From the human T2T-CHM13v2.0 reference genome, Homo sapiens: a DNA stretch of 64,000 nt. The stretch is taken from NCBI RefSeq assembly GCF_009914755.1, contig NC_060927.1. One strand, given 5' to 3'. The notes under the pieces are model-generated. The model searched no databases, was not told the DNA's origin, and was given only the letters and a program-made list of their open reading frames with translations. Shown piece by piece: positions 30,054 to 45,020 of this stretch. Each line of letters begins with the position of its first letter. The stretch's first letter is position 1. The position numbers were made by a program, and so were the translations under genes.

Positions 30054-32489
30054 CTGAGGTTGGGGAGAAAGTAAGAAGCAGAAGAAAAAAAAGGAAAGTC
30101 ACTTTTATTACACATCAGTGGGAACCTTCTGAAAAAGCTTTCATGCCTAGGAAATTGTTATTTCTTCAAACAGCTGACAGCCTGCAGAGGAAACTCTTAA
30201 TGGAAACCCAGCTCCTGCATTGTTATGCATGGCCCTCATGTAGATTCGGGGGGTGGATTAAGTTAGCTTCCAAAGGGCCTATTGTGTGTAGCATTAATTT
30301 GCAGGGCTCTTGATATTTGAGTTGGAAGGTTTATAACCTCAGTGTTTACTTAGATGAACTACATCCTAGGTTTGTTTATTTCCGTCTGCAGTCTCTTATT
30401 TCCTAGTAAATGTTACATTTATATTTGTTAACAGCAAGAATGTTGTTATAAATCTGAAAGAAATAATTACACGTGCTTACAATCATTCACTCTAAAGCCT
30501 TGATCCTGGTTCTACAGGGTCACCCTTCCTGTTAGGTCTATAGAAGATTACATAGATAAATTCACTTCTCAAGAATATTTATGCCATCCAGTTACACATG
30601 TTTAATATAGCCTATCCCAAGTGTTAACTTTCTGTGAAATATGTAACTGCCCCTGTTTCTTTCACATGGCAATATTATAAACACATGCCCCTCTCTAAAC
30701 CTGTGCCTTTCACATCCAGATGAACAAACTATAGAACTGAGCATTGCTTTCTTTTATTACTGTTTGAATGGTTACTTGCAAAGGGTCAGTTGCAATTTTT
30801 TAATAGTGAATTTTTAAAAAAGCCTCCAAATTGTTATTTGCAAACAACTCTGGTGTTGTAGATGCAGGAACTCCTAAAAAATCTCATCTTCTGAGATTAA
30901 CTTGCAAATTTTCATTCAGAAACTTTTTCAACACCACCCCTCTCCCTATTCTCTCCTTTTCCTCCCTGGATTGTATAGGCAGTTGCTAACATGAATTTAA
31001 AATTCAATATGAATGGCTGGCGGCAGGAGGGTGCTGGGGGGAACATGCCCATTGGAACCAACTCTGGTCTTAATCTGGATTTAGGGGCTCAATTGAATAG
31101 AAGTACATTATGCTTGAACAACTGAAATTTCTATTATTTTGAAACCTTTTTTAATAGACAACAACACAAGCAGCATGTTGAGTATTTTATTGCACATTTT
31201 CTGCTTTTGGTTAGTATTTTTGAATGTCATACAGATAATTTTAAAATGTAGCTATTCATGGATTTATCTATGTTAGCATTTCTATTTAATAGGTTTTGTG
31301 ATATAGTGGTGAGAATATAGATTATATATCTGTATCCTCAATACTTAATACAGTGTCTAGCATATGATAGGTACTCACGAAATGTTTGCTGAATCAATCA
31401 ATTAAATTATATCTTTAGATGGATTGCTTTTCAGGATACATAGGAACAGCCTGAAGAAATGCATGATAAAAACAAAAACAACAAACAATCCAATGATAAT
31501 AAGATCCATCTTTTCAATTACTTGTCAGGCTGTGAGTAATCAGATCTTGAAAGTTTATTTCAAGGTTTCACTACTGTGAGCCAGTATGTTTTCAATTGGA
31601 TGTGTCAGAGTTTTCCTAACAAAAATGTTTCAAATCAACAGTTTTTCCTTGAAATAAAATTTAAAAGAGTGAACGGTAGGTGAAAAAATAGTGAAGGTTA
31701 TAGTCAACTGTAATAAATATACAGCCCTTGCAATTATACAAAGTTTGGGAAATCTGATTATTAAGAGTAGAGGTGGTCCTGGTATACCAGCTTTACTGGG
31801 AGTTCTCTAAGAAAGAAATAGTGTATTTAGATAAGAATCGTAGGATGTTATTGCTTATAGACATTAGAAATCAGACTGTCCTTCTAATTTTCACAGATGA
31901 AAGTAAAGCTTATATATACAGATATATATATCTATGTATGTATGCTGTATATACATACACGCACACACACATACATGAAACAAATGGTTCCTGCCCATCG
32001 TAGCTTAATTTGGGGGCAGTCCCTATCATACAGTAGACATGTGATACATGAATAAAAGCATATATGTATGTACAGGAACACGAATGAAGCATACATTTAA
32101 TGAATTTACGGTTTGCATTGGGCAAATACAATATATGGGTTCAATTCAGCTAGTTGTAACAGTAATTTATTGAACATCTTTTATGTGGCATTGTGTAGGC
32201 ATTGAGCTTAGTCCTAGAAACTTTCTGCTACATGTGCTGAAGAGTTGATTCATGTATATTTCACTTGGTACAGATTTATGTTGATCTTAAAATTATTGCA
32301 GGAGTTGTATATAATAGTCGTTATAGTGTGGTGAGAACAACCAAAACAGGGAAATACTAGAAGCATAAATGCTACTCATAAGATGCATAAAAGACTCTAT
32401 AGTTCAGTACATCATGACAAAAGAAGGAAAGAAAGAGAAATTCATTTTTAGTCATTGCATAGATGATAATAGTGACAATGATAACCATT

Positions 32490-32735
32490 GTCTTTTATAC
32501 TGGACTTAGTAAATACCATTCTGTCTTGGATGCTTTATATTTATTAACTGGTAAATTTTCCCCAAACCCTTTGAGGTGGGCATTATCTCCATTTAAACAA
32601 AGAAATACTAGAAGAATATTTCTTATTAGAAGAATTAGGTAACTTGCCCAGGTCACAAAGGTAGCAAATTATAAGAGCTGAAGTTTGAAGTCAAGATTTC
32701 CTTACTCCTCAGTCTCTCCTCTTAGTCACTGCATT
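32490..32735 (-). mobile_element. MIR
   Basis: AACCCTTTGAGGTGGGCATTATCTCCATTT...GGTAACTTGCCCAGGTCACAAAGGTAGCAAAT. Confidence 0.75.
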
Positions 32736-33789
32736 ACTGTTATCCTATCCTTGTGGTCAAAGCCCTCTAGCTATTTTAGGCCTGCTAGTTGCTAACTTTG
32801 TTCCTCTGTAATTCCTTAGGAGACTGCTGGGTACAAGCATTAATTGCAGCTTAATACAAGAGCAACTTTCAGGACTGCAATCCATCAAAGAGAATTTTGT
32901 TAAGCTCTTTTCCAAAGTCTAGAAATACAACTTTCTTCACAGAAATAGCTGCAGCAATTTTAGAGACTTCTAATAGAATATCAAATATCCATCTGCTTCT
33001 CAAAAGTAAATATGTCTGTATGTATGTTCATATATGTACACATATACACATACATGTATATGTATTATCATTGCAATAATAAGGTGAAGAAAATGGTAGT
33101 GATTAAACAGTGGGTATATGAAACTTGCAAAGTGTCCTGTTTAGAGAATGACACCTGCATGTCATCATCATAGCAAGAAGAATAAGAGTTTTTAAACCTG
33201 AACAAGGAATATAAGGCAACACATAATTTTCTTATTTTCCCAAAAGGCAAATTTAATACAGTGAGGGAAGGATGAGGAAAAGCAGCTGCAAGCAGACTGG
33301 GATTAGATGTCTGATCCGCTACATTGACAACTGTAAAAACATATTTGATTACTGATGTCATTACTGGAAGGCTGATATAGTGTTGTGAGGTTTGCAGACA
33401 ACACAGGCTATTTATTATTCTAGTGTTGTCTTTTCTTGTTTATTGTACTAGTAGGAACTTATTATTATAATTCATGTACATTTACAACCATATATTAGCA
33501 GATTGGTACGTATGCAAAGGAAAATTGGACCTACTCTTAGTCTCAAAAATGTTGTTGAAGATAGTAACTTGAGTTTAGAGGTTTCTTTTATCACAAATAA
33601 AACTAAAGTTGGTAAATGTTATCAAAAGGAAGGTATAAGGAGTAATTTGTATTGAATCATTTCAGGTATACATGCATACTAAGACTGAAATGAGTGAAGT
33701 TTAACAAGTGAGTATATTTTCCCCAATACATAACAAAATTTCAAAACCTAATTCTGATTTTGAGCCTCAATATGGTTTAGTTGAAAGAG

Positions 33790-34010
33790 GGGGTGATTTG
33801 GTGTCAGGTAGCTCTGGGAACAAATCATTGCTATCGTAGTTATTGTGTGGTCTTCAGACAGTACCTTAATCATTGGGCCTCTGTCTCCTCTTGTGTCAAA
33901 TGAGAATGAGAATGTCTACCTTTCCGGATTGCAGTAAGAGTTCAAAAGAATAGACACGAAGCATTGAGCATAGTGCTTATACTAAGTGTTGAAAAAATGG
34001 TGGTCATGTT
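33790..34010 (+). mobile_element. MIR
   Basis: GTGTGGTCTTCAGACAGTACCTTAATC..TGGGCCTCTGTCTCCTC..GTCAAATGAGAAT...GAGCATAGTGCTT. Confidence 0.65.
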
Positions 34011-34979
34011 TTAGTAATGAAGAGATGCCTAGTAAATCAAGACATCAAGGGAAGAATTAAAAGAGAAGGCTATTAGTAATGGAAAAGTCAATGCAATAGA
34101 TGAAAAGATAATTTAAAATGGCCAGAACTGGGAAAGAGAATAAACAAGTCAAAAAAACCAAAATATTAAAAGATAAGGACACTCAATAGAAAAGTTTGTT
34201 CACGTAGTACTATTGTGACTTTTGGAACTGTGTTTTCACAAATAAACACAATGCCCTAACAAAAACAACAAAAAAATTAATCATATAAAACTATAAGGGA
34301 AATGAAACAAAAACAAGAAAATTAAATTAAATATGGAATTTTTGTCAAAGAGCAGTTGAACAATGCAAAGAGAACAATATGATAAAACAAAAACCATGGG
34401 AAGTCTTGAGAAGAAGACAAAAGGAAAACAAAGAAACATGGGAAAGACAGAAAAAAGCAAACACAAGCAGAGACTAAAGGATACATCTAAATGTTCAAGC
34501 CAGTAGAATGAACACAACTCTGCTTTTAATTTTGACAGCAAAAAAGATATCTGAATCAAGAAAGGGCATTCACAATGTTAGAAAGCAATGATTTTTAAAA
34601 TTCTCAAATTTAAACAGAATGCTTTGTTTAAGCATGATGTATGTGTTTGTGTTTTCAAATGCAAAAATGTTGGAAGTTTTTGCATGAAGAAATCATTTGA
34701 TTTCATGATAAATTTACCCATCTGGGTGCTAGAAATGAAAACCTTGATTGTTTACTCAACTACCCAATCAGAGAAAGAAAATTTTCAAATTACAGTTATA
34801 TCAACAGATACAGAAGAGATCTTAGCTAGTAAAAACATCCTTAAGCATTATTTTGCTGACGACAACAAAAATATTTCCAGCCACATATCAAACCACCTAC
34901 AAATTCTTTGGGGATCAATTTCTTCATTTCTATAGCAAAGTAACATGTGCATGTCTACTACAAATCTTAAGGCAAATAG

Positions 34980-35343
34980 TCCTGTTCCTATTCACTTGTC
35001 ATTGCAATGAAGCATCTGCCGCTCACTGTTTTTTTGTTATTTTTTTTCCTGATTACTCCAATTCAAAAACATCATCCTACCAGCTCTTTTAGTTGTTAAA
35101 TATCCCTGTGCTTGTGGCTACATTTCTTTGCACTGGAGAAATGATCTCATTAACAAACTAGTTCTGTGCGTCCTTAACACTGAGGCCCCTCGCCTGCAGC
35201 TGGAGGCAGCTCTCTGTTCAGCCCCAGTGCAGAGTGACACAGACAGGCGACAGCGTCGCTGAGCACCAACTTCTATTCCACGGAGGCAGACAGCGAAAAC
35301 CATTTCATAACCATGGCAAGGCATGAGAGAAGCACAGGTAATC
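34980..35343 (+). promoter_or_regulatory. Candidate non-CpG-island promoter or first exon ending in a splice donor
   Basis: Local GC/CpG rise in unique DNA, E-boxes CATCTG and CAGCTG, Kozak-context ACCATGG at 35310-35316, donor CAG|GTAATC after 35337. Confidence 0.45.
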
Positions 35344-35513
35344 CTGTTTCTGTATTCAGTTTGTGCAAGAATCAAATATATTCATCTGGAAGAGACAACT
35401 GGGCAAAAAAAGGAGTTGGGGTGGGGGAGGTTCTGTGTTAGAACTGCTGAGCCAGGAAATAAAGTCACAAATTAGGAAATAGAGTATAAACACAAAAAGA
35501 AAAAAGCCTCTGA

Positions 35514-35605
35514 GATATATATATATATATATATATATATAGATATATAGATATATATATGCACATACATATATTTGCGCATACATACATTTATAAGATA
35601 TATAT
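35514..35605. repeat. (TA)n-rich microsatellite
   Basis: Direct inspection. Confidence 0.9.
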
Positions 35606-37855
35606 AAAAAAAGGGGATGTGTTGGTGAAGGTTTTGTTACATGGGAAGTAAGCTGTAGGCTAATACGTAGAAGTAAAAGGAGTAGTTTTTGTCCTGAAAT
35701 CTCCAAGTTGGAAAGGACTTTAGAAAAAATCTAGTGTGTCATGAATGACCACATCTAATACTTTTCTTTTTTTAAAGGGTAGCTGCAAAGTTTTGGAAAA
35801 GACCTCTGCAACAACTGGAAGCACAGTGTACCCAAGTGGTGGGTCTCGTCTGTGGCAATATAATTTTCTATCTGTCCAATTGAATATGGCTGTAAAGGGA
35901 ATAAAACCCCATGTAATCTCCAGCAGTGACAATTTAATCAGTTGTATAAGGGGGAAAAAAGCAGAGTCCCCTCATTTTCATATTTGCATATTTGATTTTT
36001 GCATTGGGGAATAGAGGTTTTGTTTTTCTATTACTTTGCATTCAATTTTAATATTTAATCTTTTTATGAGCAAATTTTTATAGTGGTATGTAATACTGAG
36101 TCAGACAGGTCTAAAATAGAAAGGAAAGATTCCATTTCTGAAATCAAGCCCCTGATCCAATATGCTTTGTGTAACATTTTTCCTTGTACAGAATCTATGT
36201 GCCTAACATGGCTTGCATGCTCCCAGCTTCTGCACGTGATGCATCTGCTATTAACATTCAGAGATTCACCCTGAAAATGAAGGCAACTGTTTGGAGAACA
36301 ATGTAAAATGATGAGAATAGACCATCCTATGACCCCCTTTTTACATTAATATTTCTTAAAATGGTAAATCTTATTGATTGCATCTATTTCCAAGGAAGTA
36401 GGGTTTCTTAAATGCTTTATATACACAGGAGCCAGTTTTTATGAGGTTATAGAGGAGCAGTAAATACAGTAAGATTAATAAAACTTCGTTGTTTTCACAA
36501 TTGACAGAATGATATTATTGCCTATAGGGTAATAACAGCTTATGGGATTGATTTTAAGATGAATAAGATGCAAGTAATTCGAACTTATCATCAATTACCC
36601 TTGGTTACTCCCATGAGTATGTATCTAGCCAAAATGGTGTTGGATTTGAATTACTGGGACATAGATAGCTGTTTCTTTATGCATCAATGCATTCTAGCCT
36701 CCACTTGCGAAAACTCCAAAAGTATGTTGGGTAATTTAAAAAAATAAGGATAGTACTCTACTTGCTTAATGATTTAGAATTTCTTTATAAAAAGTGAACT
36801 CTGAAGTCAATATTTCACTGGAGAGGGAAAGAATAATGATTTTAATTCTATGTAATTTTTTTAAAGCTTAAAAACAAGTTTTGAAATGTTTTATGTACTA
36901 AATTTAATCTATGTACATATTTACACACACATATATATACATGTGTATATGTGTGCCTGCATATATGTGTGTGTATGTGTGATGTGTGTGTGTATATAAA
37001 TGTGGCCTAAATGTTGCCAACCAAATTTTATGAGCAATAACTACATTTGGAATTGTGAAAATATGAGCCATAGGATTTTATTCAAAAACAGAGCAGTGAG
37101 TCTTTTTAATGTACATCTATGAAAAGCATACCAGTAGCAGTATACAGGCATCATTAGATGACAGGTATAAAATCCTTTGGGCAAGCACTGATGCACATTA
37201 AATTCAAGTACATAATATGTCAAGTTTTGAGTATGTTCTTGTTTATTTAAATCTGCATTCTGATGATGATCTTTTCAAAGAGATTGCATATATATGAATA
37301 TGTGATCTAGTGTTTACATATTCAAATTAACCTGTTTCTTTGAATATGGTCTAATGATTGAATGATCTCCCAAACATGGCAACTCCTCAGGGAAATATAT
37401 TGATGCCTCAGCATATTTCCTCAAGGCCTGGAGAGTACTAGATATGACAAGGAGTGCCTTCAAGCATGGAAGCCCTGCTCTACCTAAACGAAAGTCCTAG
37501 GCTTTAATCACAAAGGCTAGGTTCACACTAATGCAATTAACCATATGATTGCTTTCGAAGGAGCCTAACCTCATCAGCATCTTTCCTTTAGGCAAACTGA
37601 CAATGCTGGATCTAGTCAATGACTCAAGAGAATTTGATTAGCTAAGAGGTACAAGGCTCTGCATATGCAGTCACAAATGCACAGTAGGAATGTTCATCTC
37701 CAACCTATCATTTCACAATCAACTATAAATTTAAGCAATTAAGGTAAAATAATTGTTCCATGAAATAATTAAGAGTTGACAATTATCAGGATGAAGGTGA
37801 AGACTACATCCAAATGAAAATGATCTGTTTTATAGTTTGTTTGTTTGTTTGTTTA

Positions 37856-38260
<405 letters not shown>

Positions 38261-38459
38261 AAGATTTACTTGGAGAACTGAAAGAGGTAAAAATCCCTAA
38301 GGAATATAATTTGTAGTTGAATAGGTAACTTTAGATATGTGTGTGTGTGTGTTTGTGTGTGTGTACATACAGATACACCTATGTGTATGTGCGTGTGTAC
38401 TTTTTTAACCTTATTTGACCTTGCGACTTTACAAATCATTGCTGGACTTGATAACATGT

Positions 38460-39165
38460 TGTAGGGCCAGAAAAGGTATGATATCTTTCCTCCCCATCAT
38501 AATAATCACAGCTGACCCTCCTATCACAAAAGACAGGTTAATGAGAGAAAAGCGTAACACATTTATTTAATCAAAGTCTTATGAGTCATGAGAGCCTTCA
38601 GAAATGAAGCCCAGTCTCCCAAGGGAAAACTGTCCATTTTTATGCTTAGATTCAATGATGAGTGAACAGTCATATAAAAATATGATTGAACAAAGAGAGA
38701 AATGATCTAACAGAAATATACTGAGTGGGAAAAGCCAGCAAGGCTTGTCTGTTTGGATTCTACTTGGCCTGTCTGTTGTGGCATTTTTTCCTCCTGGATA
38801 TAGGGCAGGACTCCTTCCAGAATAAGGTTCTTCTCATCTTCTTTGAGACAAATTAGGTCATATAATTTCTTATGGACAAGATTTTACACAAAAAGGCAGA
38901 GGAAAGTTAGGGTAATAATTCTAGGTTTTACGGCTTGGTTTGGGGAAAAAGAGTTCTAGTTTCTATGACTCACTTGGAAGAGGAATTCTGGTTTCTGTGA
39001 CTCACTTCAGGGAAGAATGAGGGGCAAGAAACAGGAGGGCAGGAGAAGGTCAGAGGCATACATTAGTCCTGATGCTGCTTCTGAGGCCTTCCAATGTGCT
39101 TTAGTTCTAAGTAGTTGGTATGTCAAAGTGCTGTACTTTGGGTTATCTTTTTCTGAACCCCCCAC
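38460..39165 (-). mobile_element. ERV1 MER4-group solo LTR (MER39/LTR48/LTR49-like)
   Basis: TGTAGGG...CAAAAGACAGGTTAATGAGAGAAAAGC...CCTTCAGAAATGAAG mirrors the LTR at 23875; ends TCTGAACCCCCCACA. Confidence 0.7.
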
Positions 39166-39284
39166 AAAATCAAATCTGAACTAGAAGCTTTCTAGCATCT
39201 TCTTCTTAATGAATCCTAATAAAGACATTTCTACTGGCATATGGATATAATTTTTGGTTACTATCTATTAAAATTATTTCTCCA

Positions 39285-39576
39285 GGCCAGGAGCAGTGGC
39301 TCACACCTGTAATCCCAACGCACTGGAAGGCCGAGGTGGGCAGTTCACTTTAGCCCAAAACCTAGAGACCAGCCTGGGCAACATGGAGAAACCCCATCTT
39401 TTCCAAAAATGACACACACAAAAATTAGCTGGGCATGGTGATGAACACCTGTAGTCCTAGCTACTGGAAAGGCTGAGGTGGGAGGATGGCTTCAGCCAGA
39501 AAGGTGGAGGTTGCAGTGAGCCATGATCACACCACTGCCCTCCAGACTGGGGGACCGAGAAAGACTCTGTTCAAAA
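39285..39576 (+). mobile_element. AluJ
   Basis: Diverged dimer with GGAGGATGGCTTCAGCC and CCATGATCAC. Confidence 0.9.
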
Positions 39577-39999
39577 ATATATATATTTCCCCAAAAGTGA
39601 GCAATTAAAGAATTTTCAATGTTTGCAAAGTTTAAAAGCCTAGTATGAATGCAAAATCTAGGTAATAGAAATTTTGCATGGGAATTATCATTTCTCAGCA
39701 CTTTCTTGAAAGCAATAGACAACAACTGACATATCCCTTCAAATGCTAAGATATTTATGTTTCCAGAACGTATTGTCTAAAAATCTGAGAGACCGTGTGA
39801 GTCTGATGAGCTGGGCTGTATCCCATTCTGGAATGTCAATGTACATATTGCTATGAAAAACGTATTGAAATAATGAAATTGGCTTTCAAACAGATTTCCA
39901 TGATTTGGAATTCAACAGTTATTTTTGTCATCTTCAATGAAAGAAATTGCACCAATGATATTTTACTCTTGATGATGTTGGGAGCCCCTGTATACATAA

Positions 40000-40363
<364 letters not shown>

Positions 40364-40451
40364 TGATTGGTTTTTACTCAGAGACTTGTCACGAAGTTGG
40401 CCAAAATGTTAATCTGAAACTTTTTTTTAGGCATCAAAATCTGGTGCTTTA

Positions 40452-40729
<278 letters not shown>

Positions 40730-40934
40730 TTACAATCATCGCAGCTCCTCATGTTCAAAGTAGAAGGTTCTGAGAATCCAGATCTGGTAAGGGTGTCTGC
40801 GACATAGGAAGCAAGGCACCTAGGAACCTGAGCGGAAAAATAATCCTGAGGGGACCAAATTCTCTCACTATCACTGGCAGAACAAACCTGGTGGAGAGCA
40901 AAACATGTTTGTCCTCCTGTTTTACAGAGCTGAT

Positions 40935-40977
40935 CTTTCTTTTCTTTCTTTCTTTCCTTCCTTTCCTTTCTTTTTTC

Positions 40978-41017
<40 letters not shown>

Positions 41018-41091
41018 TCCTTCCTTCCTTCCTTCCTTCCTTCCTTCCTTCCTTCCTTCCTTCCTTCCTTCCTTTCTTCTTTCTCTTTTTC
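40935..41091. repeat. Compound (CTTT)n/(CCTT)n polypyrimidine microsatellite
   Basis: About 155 bp of pure C/T. Confidence 0.97.
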
Positions 41092-42572
41092 GCTCTTAAA
41101 AACAGACACATATAAATATATATAAAACCAGCAGTTACAAAGAAAACTTTTGGTACTATGGAGTATAACGGCAGCCTGTTGGAGGAATGGTAAAAAGATA
41201 AACTTGCCTGTACCATCCCCCCAGTCGCTGCTGGTTGCAGTAGATGAGTCTGTGTCTCCCCACAGCCCTATGCTCGCAGCTCACTCTCCTCCTCCAGTCT
41301 ATTCTTGGCTGTGGATTCCCCTGTGCTCTTTGTGCACTTTAAGTTTAATTTTGCATTTAAAAACTCAATTGGCTCATCTGTTAAGCATTAAGCAGCTCCC
41401 TTTTGAGCCACAGGGGGAGCCCTGGGAAAACCCACAGCTGCTGGAACATGGAAAATGGGTTTAAAAAAACAAAACCATTTTGAAACTTTAAAGCATTTTA
41501 GCAGCCGTGGATTTCCCAATCCTTACCCCCCAAATGGTTCATCTGTTTAACTTTTATCTGGTATTGGAAAACGCAAACCAGAGCATTAAATAGCCCTCAA
41601 ATGACTTTTTGTTTAATACAAAATGAAAGTAAAAGCTAAGCAAGCCATGTGGGAAGATCTTTGAGAGAACTATAGCCTGGAATACCTGCAAGCATATTCT
41701 CTCTCTAGTTACAGAAACAATTCTGGAATCTAGTCATGCTTGCTAGAAGCACAACCTTTCCCCTCTTCACTTACTCTCCCTCCCTTCCCCTTAAAACAAG
41801 GGAGAAAACCAGTCCAAACAAGTTCAAATCCCAGTTTTTAAAATGACAATAAAAACAATGAAAAAGTTAACAGGCAGGGGATATTAATCAAATGCTCACT
41901 CAAGGTTTTAAGTATCAAAATAATTTGTCATTGACTAAAAACTCATGTTTGATTATAGTTAGATAGGCTCTAGAAAACCTAAATTTTTTTTTCCATGTTT
42001 CCCAAATATTCCTCTAACTAGCCTGAAGCCTCTCTGTGGTAGGGCCCTCAGTCTCATTTTTAGATACCAATTCCTTTGAATAATGGTAAGACACTTCTAT
42101 TGAAATAAAAAATATCCTTTGGAAGGGTGACAACTGTAAGCCTGTTGTTTACTATTAATATAAATAGAGGCACAAGTCCCACATGGTAAAACAAATTACC
42201 CTAACACCTAGTAAATAGAGCAGCTGAGAAAGAGATATTTGAATTTTAGGATCCTGCCCAAGGTAATTTCTTTGGCCTTGGTGGAGTTTACAACGGTGGA
42301 GTTTACAATGAGAAGCTCGGTGTAGCAAAGGGATAGAGGCACTAGAACATGGAAGTGAAGAAAAGACTTAACACGTACTGAGTCTCTACTAAGAGCTACC
42401 CTGGATGAAGACATCAAAGAGAAACCTATGTGACTGAAGAGGGAGTTGAAAAGACACAAAATAAATTCTTAACTTCTTTGCATGGTTTTGCCCTGATGAG
42501 ACTCACTGGATTCTCATATACAATTTAAATTATTTTTAATGCACAGGCACTATAATAGTCCAAATCACATGA

Positions 42573-42966
<394 letters not shown>

Positions 42967-44377
42967 CCAACTCCAGTCAAATTTTAATCTTGGGATACCT
43001 TCTTTGAAATGGCAGATGTTGATTGGGGTGGGGGATAGAATGGTTAGTTTGTGAAGAACACATTCATGAAAAGTTTTGCACTATGTGCTTTTAAATAAAC
43101 ATTGTATTTTCAAAGCACTCAATTTGAATTTTATTTCATTTTATTTGTCTCTCTCATTCTATTTCTGTCTTCATTATATCTATGAATTTATACATAGAAA
43201 TGGCATTATAGCGGGGTAAATATATTCTGTAGATTACTCAAACTTCATCATGTGGTACAATAGGATCCTAAATAATTAAAATAGACTGAGTATTAAAAAA
43301 TAGTGAAATAAAACAATAATAGACAAGTAGTTACATAATATATCCTCAAACCAGATACATACACTGACAAATTCTGAAATTATGAAGAAACAGTTTAAGT
43401 AGCATCTAAACTTTTAAAAGGCCAGAAAAGATGTCAATTTTCCCTATCATTAAACATAAATATTAACGTTTCCAACTGAGGTAGAGACTAATGATAATAA
43501 CATATCTGTTTATATATTGGAGAGGGAGACTATTTCTCTTTTATGTTATTTTCAAAACTTTTTACCAGGGAGAATAAATCTTTATGGAACCCCTACTATG
43601 TGACCAGCACAAAGCTAGTTGATTCATATGTAATCTTATGTGTCCATGGATAATGTCAACTAACTATTTTCATATGGCTTAATTTCAAATGTTCAATTCC
43701 TTCTACTTGGTTGATGTCCTTTAAGCTGTACCTGCTGTTTAAAGTTTGGAGAAGAGGTGTTCAAGACCCATACACTGATCAAAGAACTTCACTATAATGT
43801 CAGTTAGAGGCTAAAAACTATAGTTTGCAGTTAGCTTGTACCATGAGATATAGGGCTAAAGAGTACTATTCCCTGTAAACAAATAAAATCCATTTAAATC
43901 TAGCTCAAGCCAAAAAGAGGATATGCTGGCTCTTCTAACTGGGGAGGTAGAGCTGGACTCTAACAATGTGATCAAGACTCTCCATTTTTCTCTTCATGTC
44001 TCATTTTAGTTCTTCTCTGAATTATGGCCGCATTCCCCTTCAGGGGTAGAAAGTGGAGATGTGGTCATAGCATGGTTAGCATGGATCTTCCCTCTGGCTT
44101 TAATATAAAGGATGCTAGTAAAAGTTCTGATTACCCTGTCCCAAGTAACATGCCTTACTTCTGGACCAAGCACAATGGCCAGGGGCTGTGACATACTTAT
44201 GGTCAGGCCAGGATTTCCTGCACACTGCTGTGTACTATGATTGAAACTTAACAAGAATCAGTTGACTGGGATAAAGAAAAATCAGTATCCCAAGGAAAGA
44301 AGATACATTAGTTTAAAAAGGAAGAAAAGTTTCTAAGTTGATGAAAATCAAAAAGGTCTATTATAAATTACTAGGTA

Positions 44378-44688
44378 GGCTGGGTGCAGTGACTCAGGCT
44401 TGTAATCACAGCACTTTGGGAGACCAATGAGGGCAGATGGCTTAAGCCCAGGAGTTCAAGACCAGCCAGGGCAACACAGAGAAACCCCATCTCTACAAAA
44501 CATAGAAAAATTAGCAGGGCGTGGTGGTGCTTGCCTGTGGTCCCAGCTACTCGGAAGGCTAAGGTGGCAGTATTGCTGGAGGCCAGGAAGTCAAGGCTGC
44601 AGTGAGACGTGATTGTGCCACTGCAGTCCAGTCTGAGTAACAGATTAAGATCCTATCTCAAAAATAAATAATAAATTTAAAAAACAAA
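44378..44688 (+). mobile_element. AluJ
   Basis: Diverged dimer with GCCCAGGAGTTCAAGACCAGCC and GTCAAGGCTGCAGTGAG. Confidence 0.9.
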
Positions 44689-44767
44689 AAGTCCAAGGTA
44701 TTTTGGGGTAGTCTCTCCATCCGTACCTTATATTCATACACCCACACATATACACACACATTCAGTT

Positions 44768-44824
44768 ACTAAGAATCATAGACTTTTAAAGTTACTGACT
44801 AAGAATCATAGACTTTTAAAGTTA
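44768..44824. repeat. Tandem duplication, 30-bp period
   Basis: ACTAAGAATCATAGACTTTTAAAGTTA at 44768 and at 44798. Confidence 0.92.
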
Positions 44825-44831
44825 AAAATTG

Positions 44832-45020
44832 AGCCAGTTGCAGTGGCATACATCTGTAGTCCCAGCTACTCAGGAGGCTGAGGCAGGAGAATGACTTGAG
44901 CTCAGGAGCTGGAGGCTACAGTGCACTATGATCATACCTGTGAGTATCCACTGCACTCCAGCCTGAGCAACATAATGAGACCATGTCTCTAAAATAAATA
45001 AAATAAAAATAAAATAAACA
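44832..45020 (+). mobile_element. Alu monomer (FRAM-like)
   Basis: Right-arm-only sequence with (TAAAA)n tail. Confidence 0.85.

Noticed and set aside
35216-35300. RE1/REST-like half-sites (TTCAGCCCC, GAGCACC, GACAGCG)
   Set aside because: Halves are imperfect and lack canonical spacing
35118-35375. 85-aa minus-strand ORF over the promoter-like patch
   Set aside because: Non-ATG start and no recognisable homology; openness is explained by local GC content
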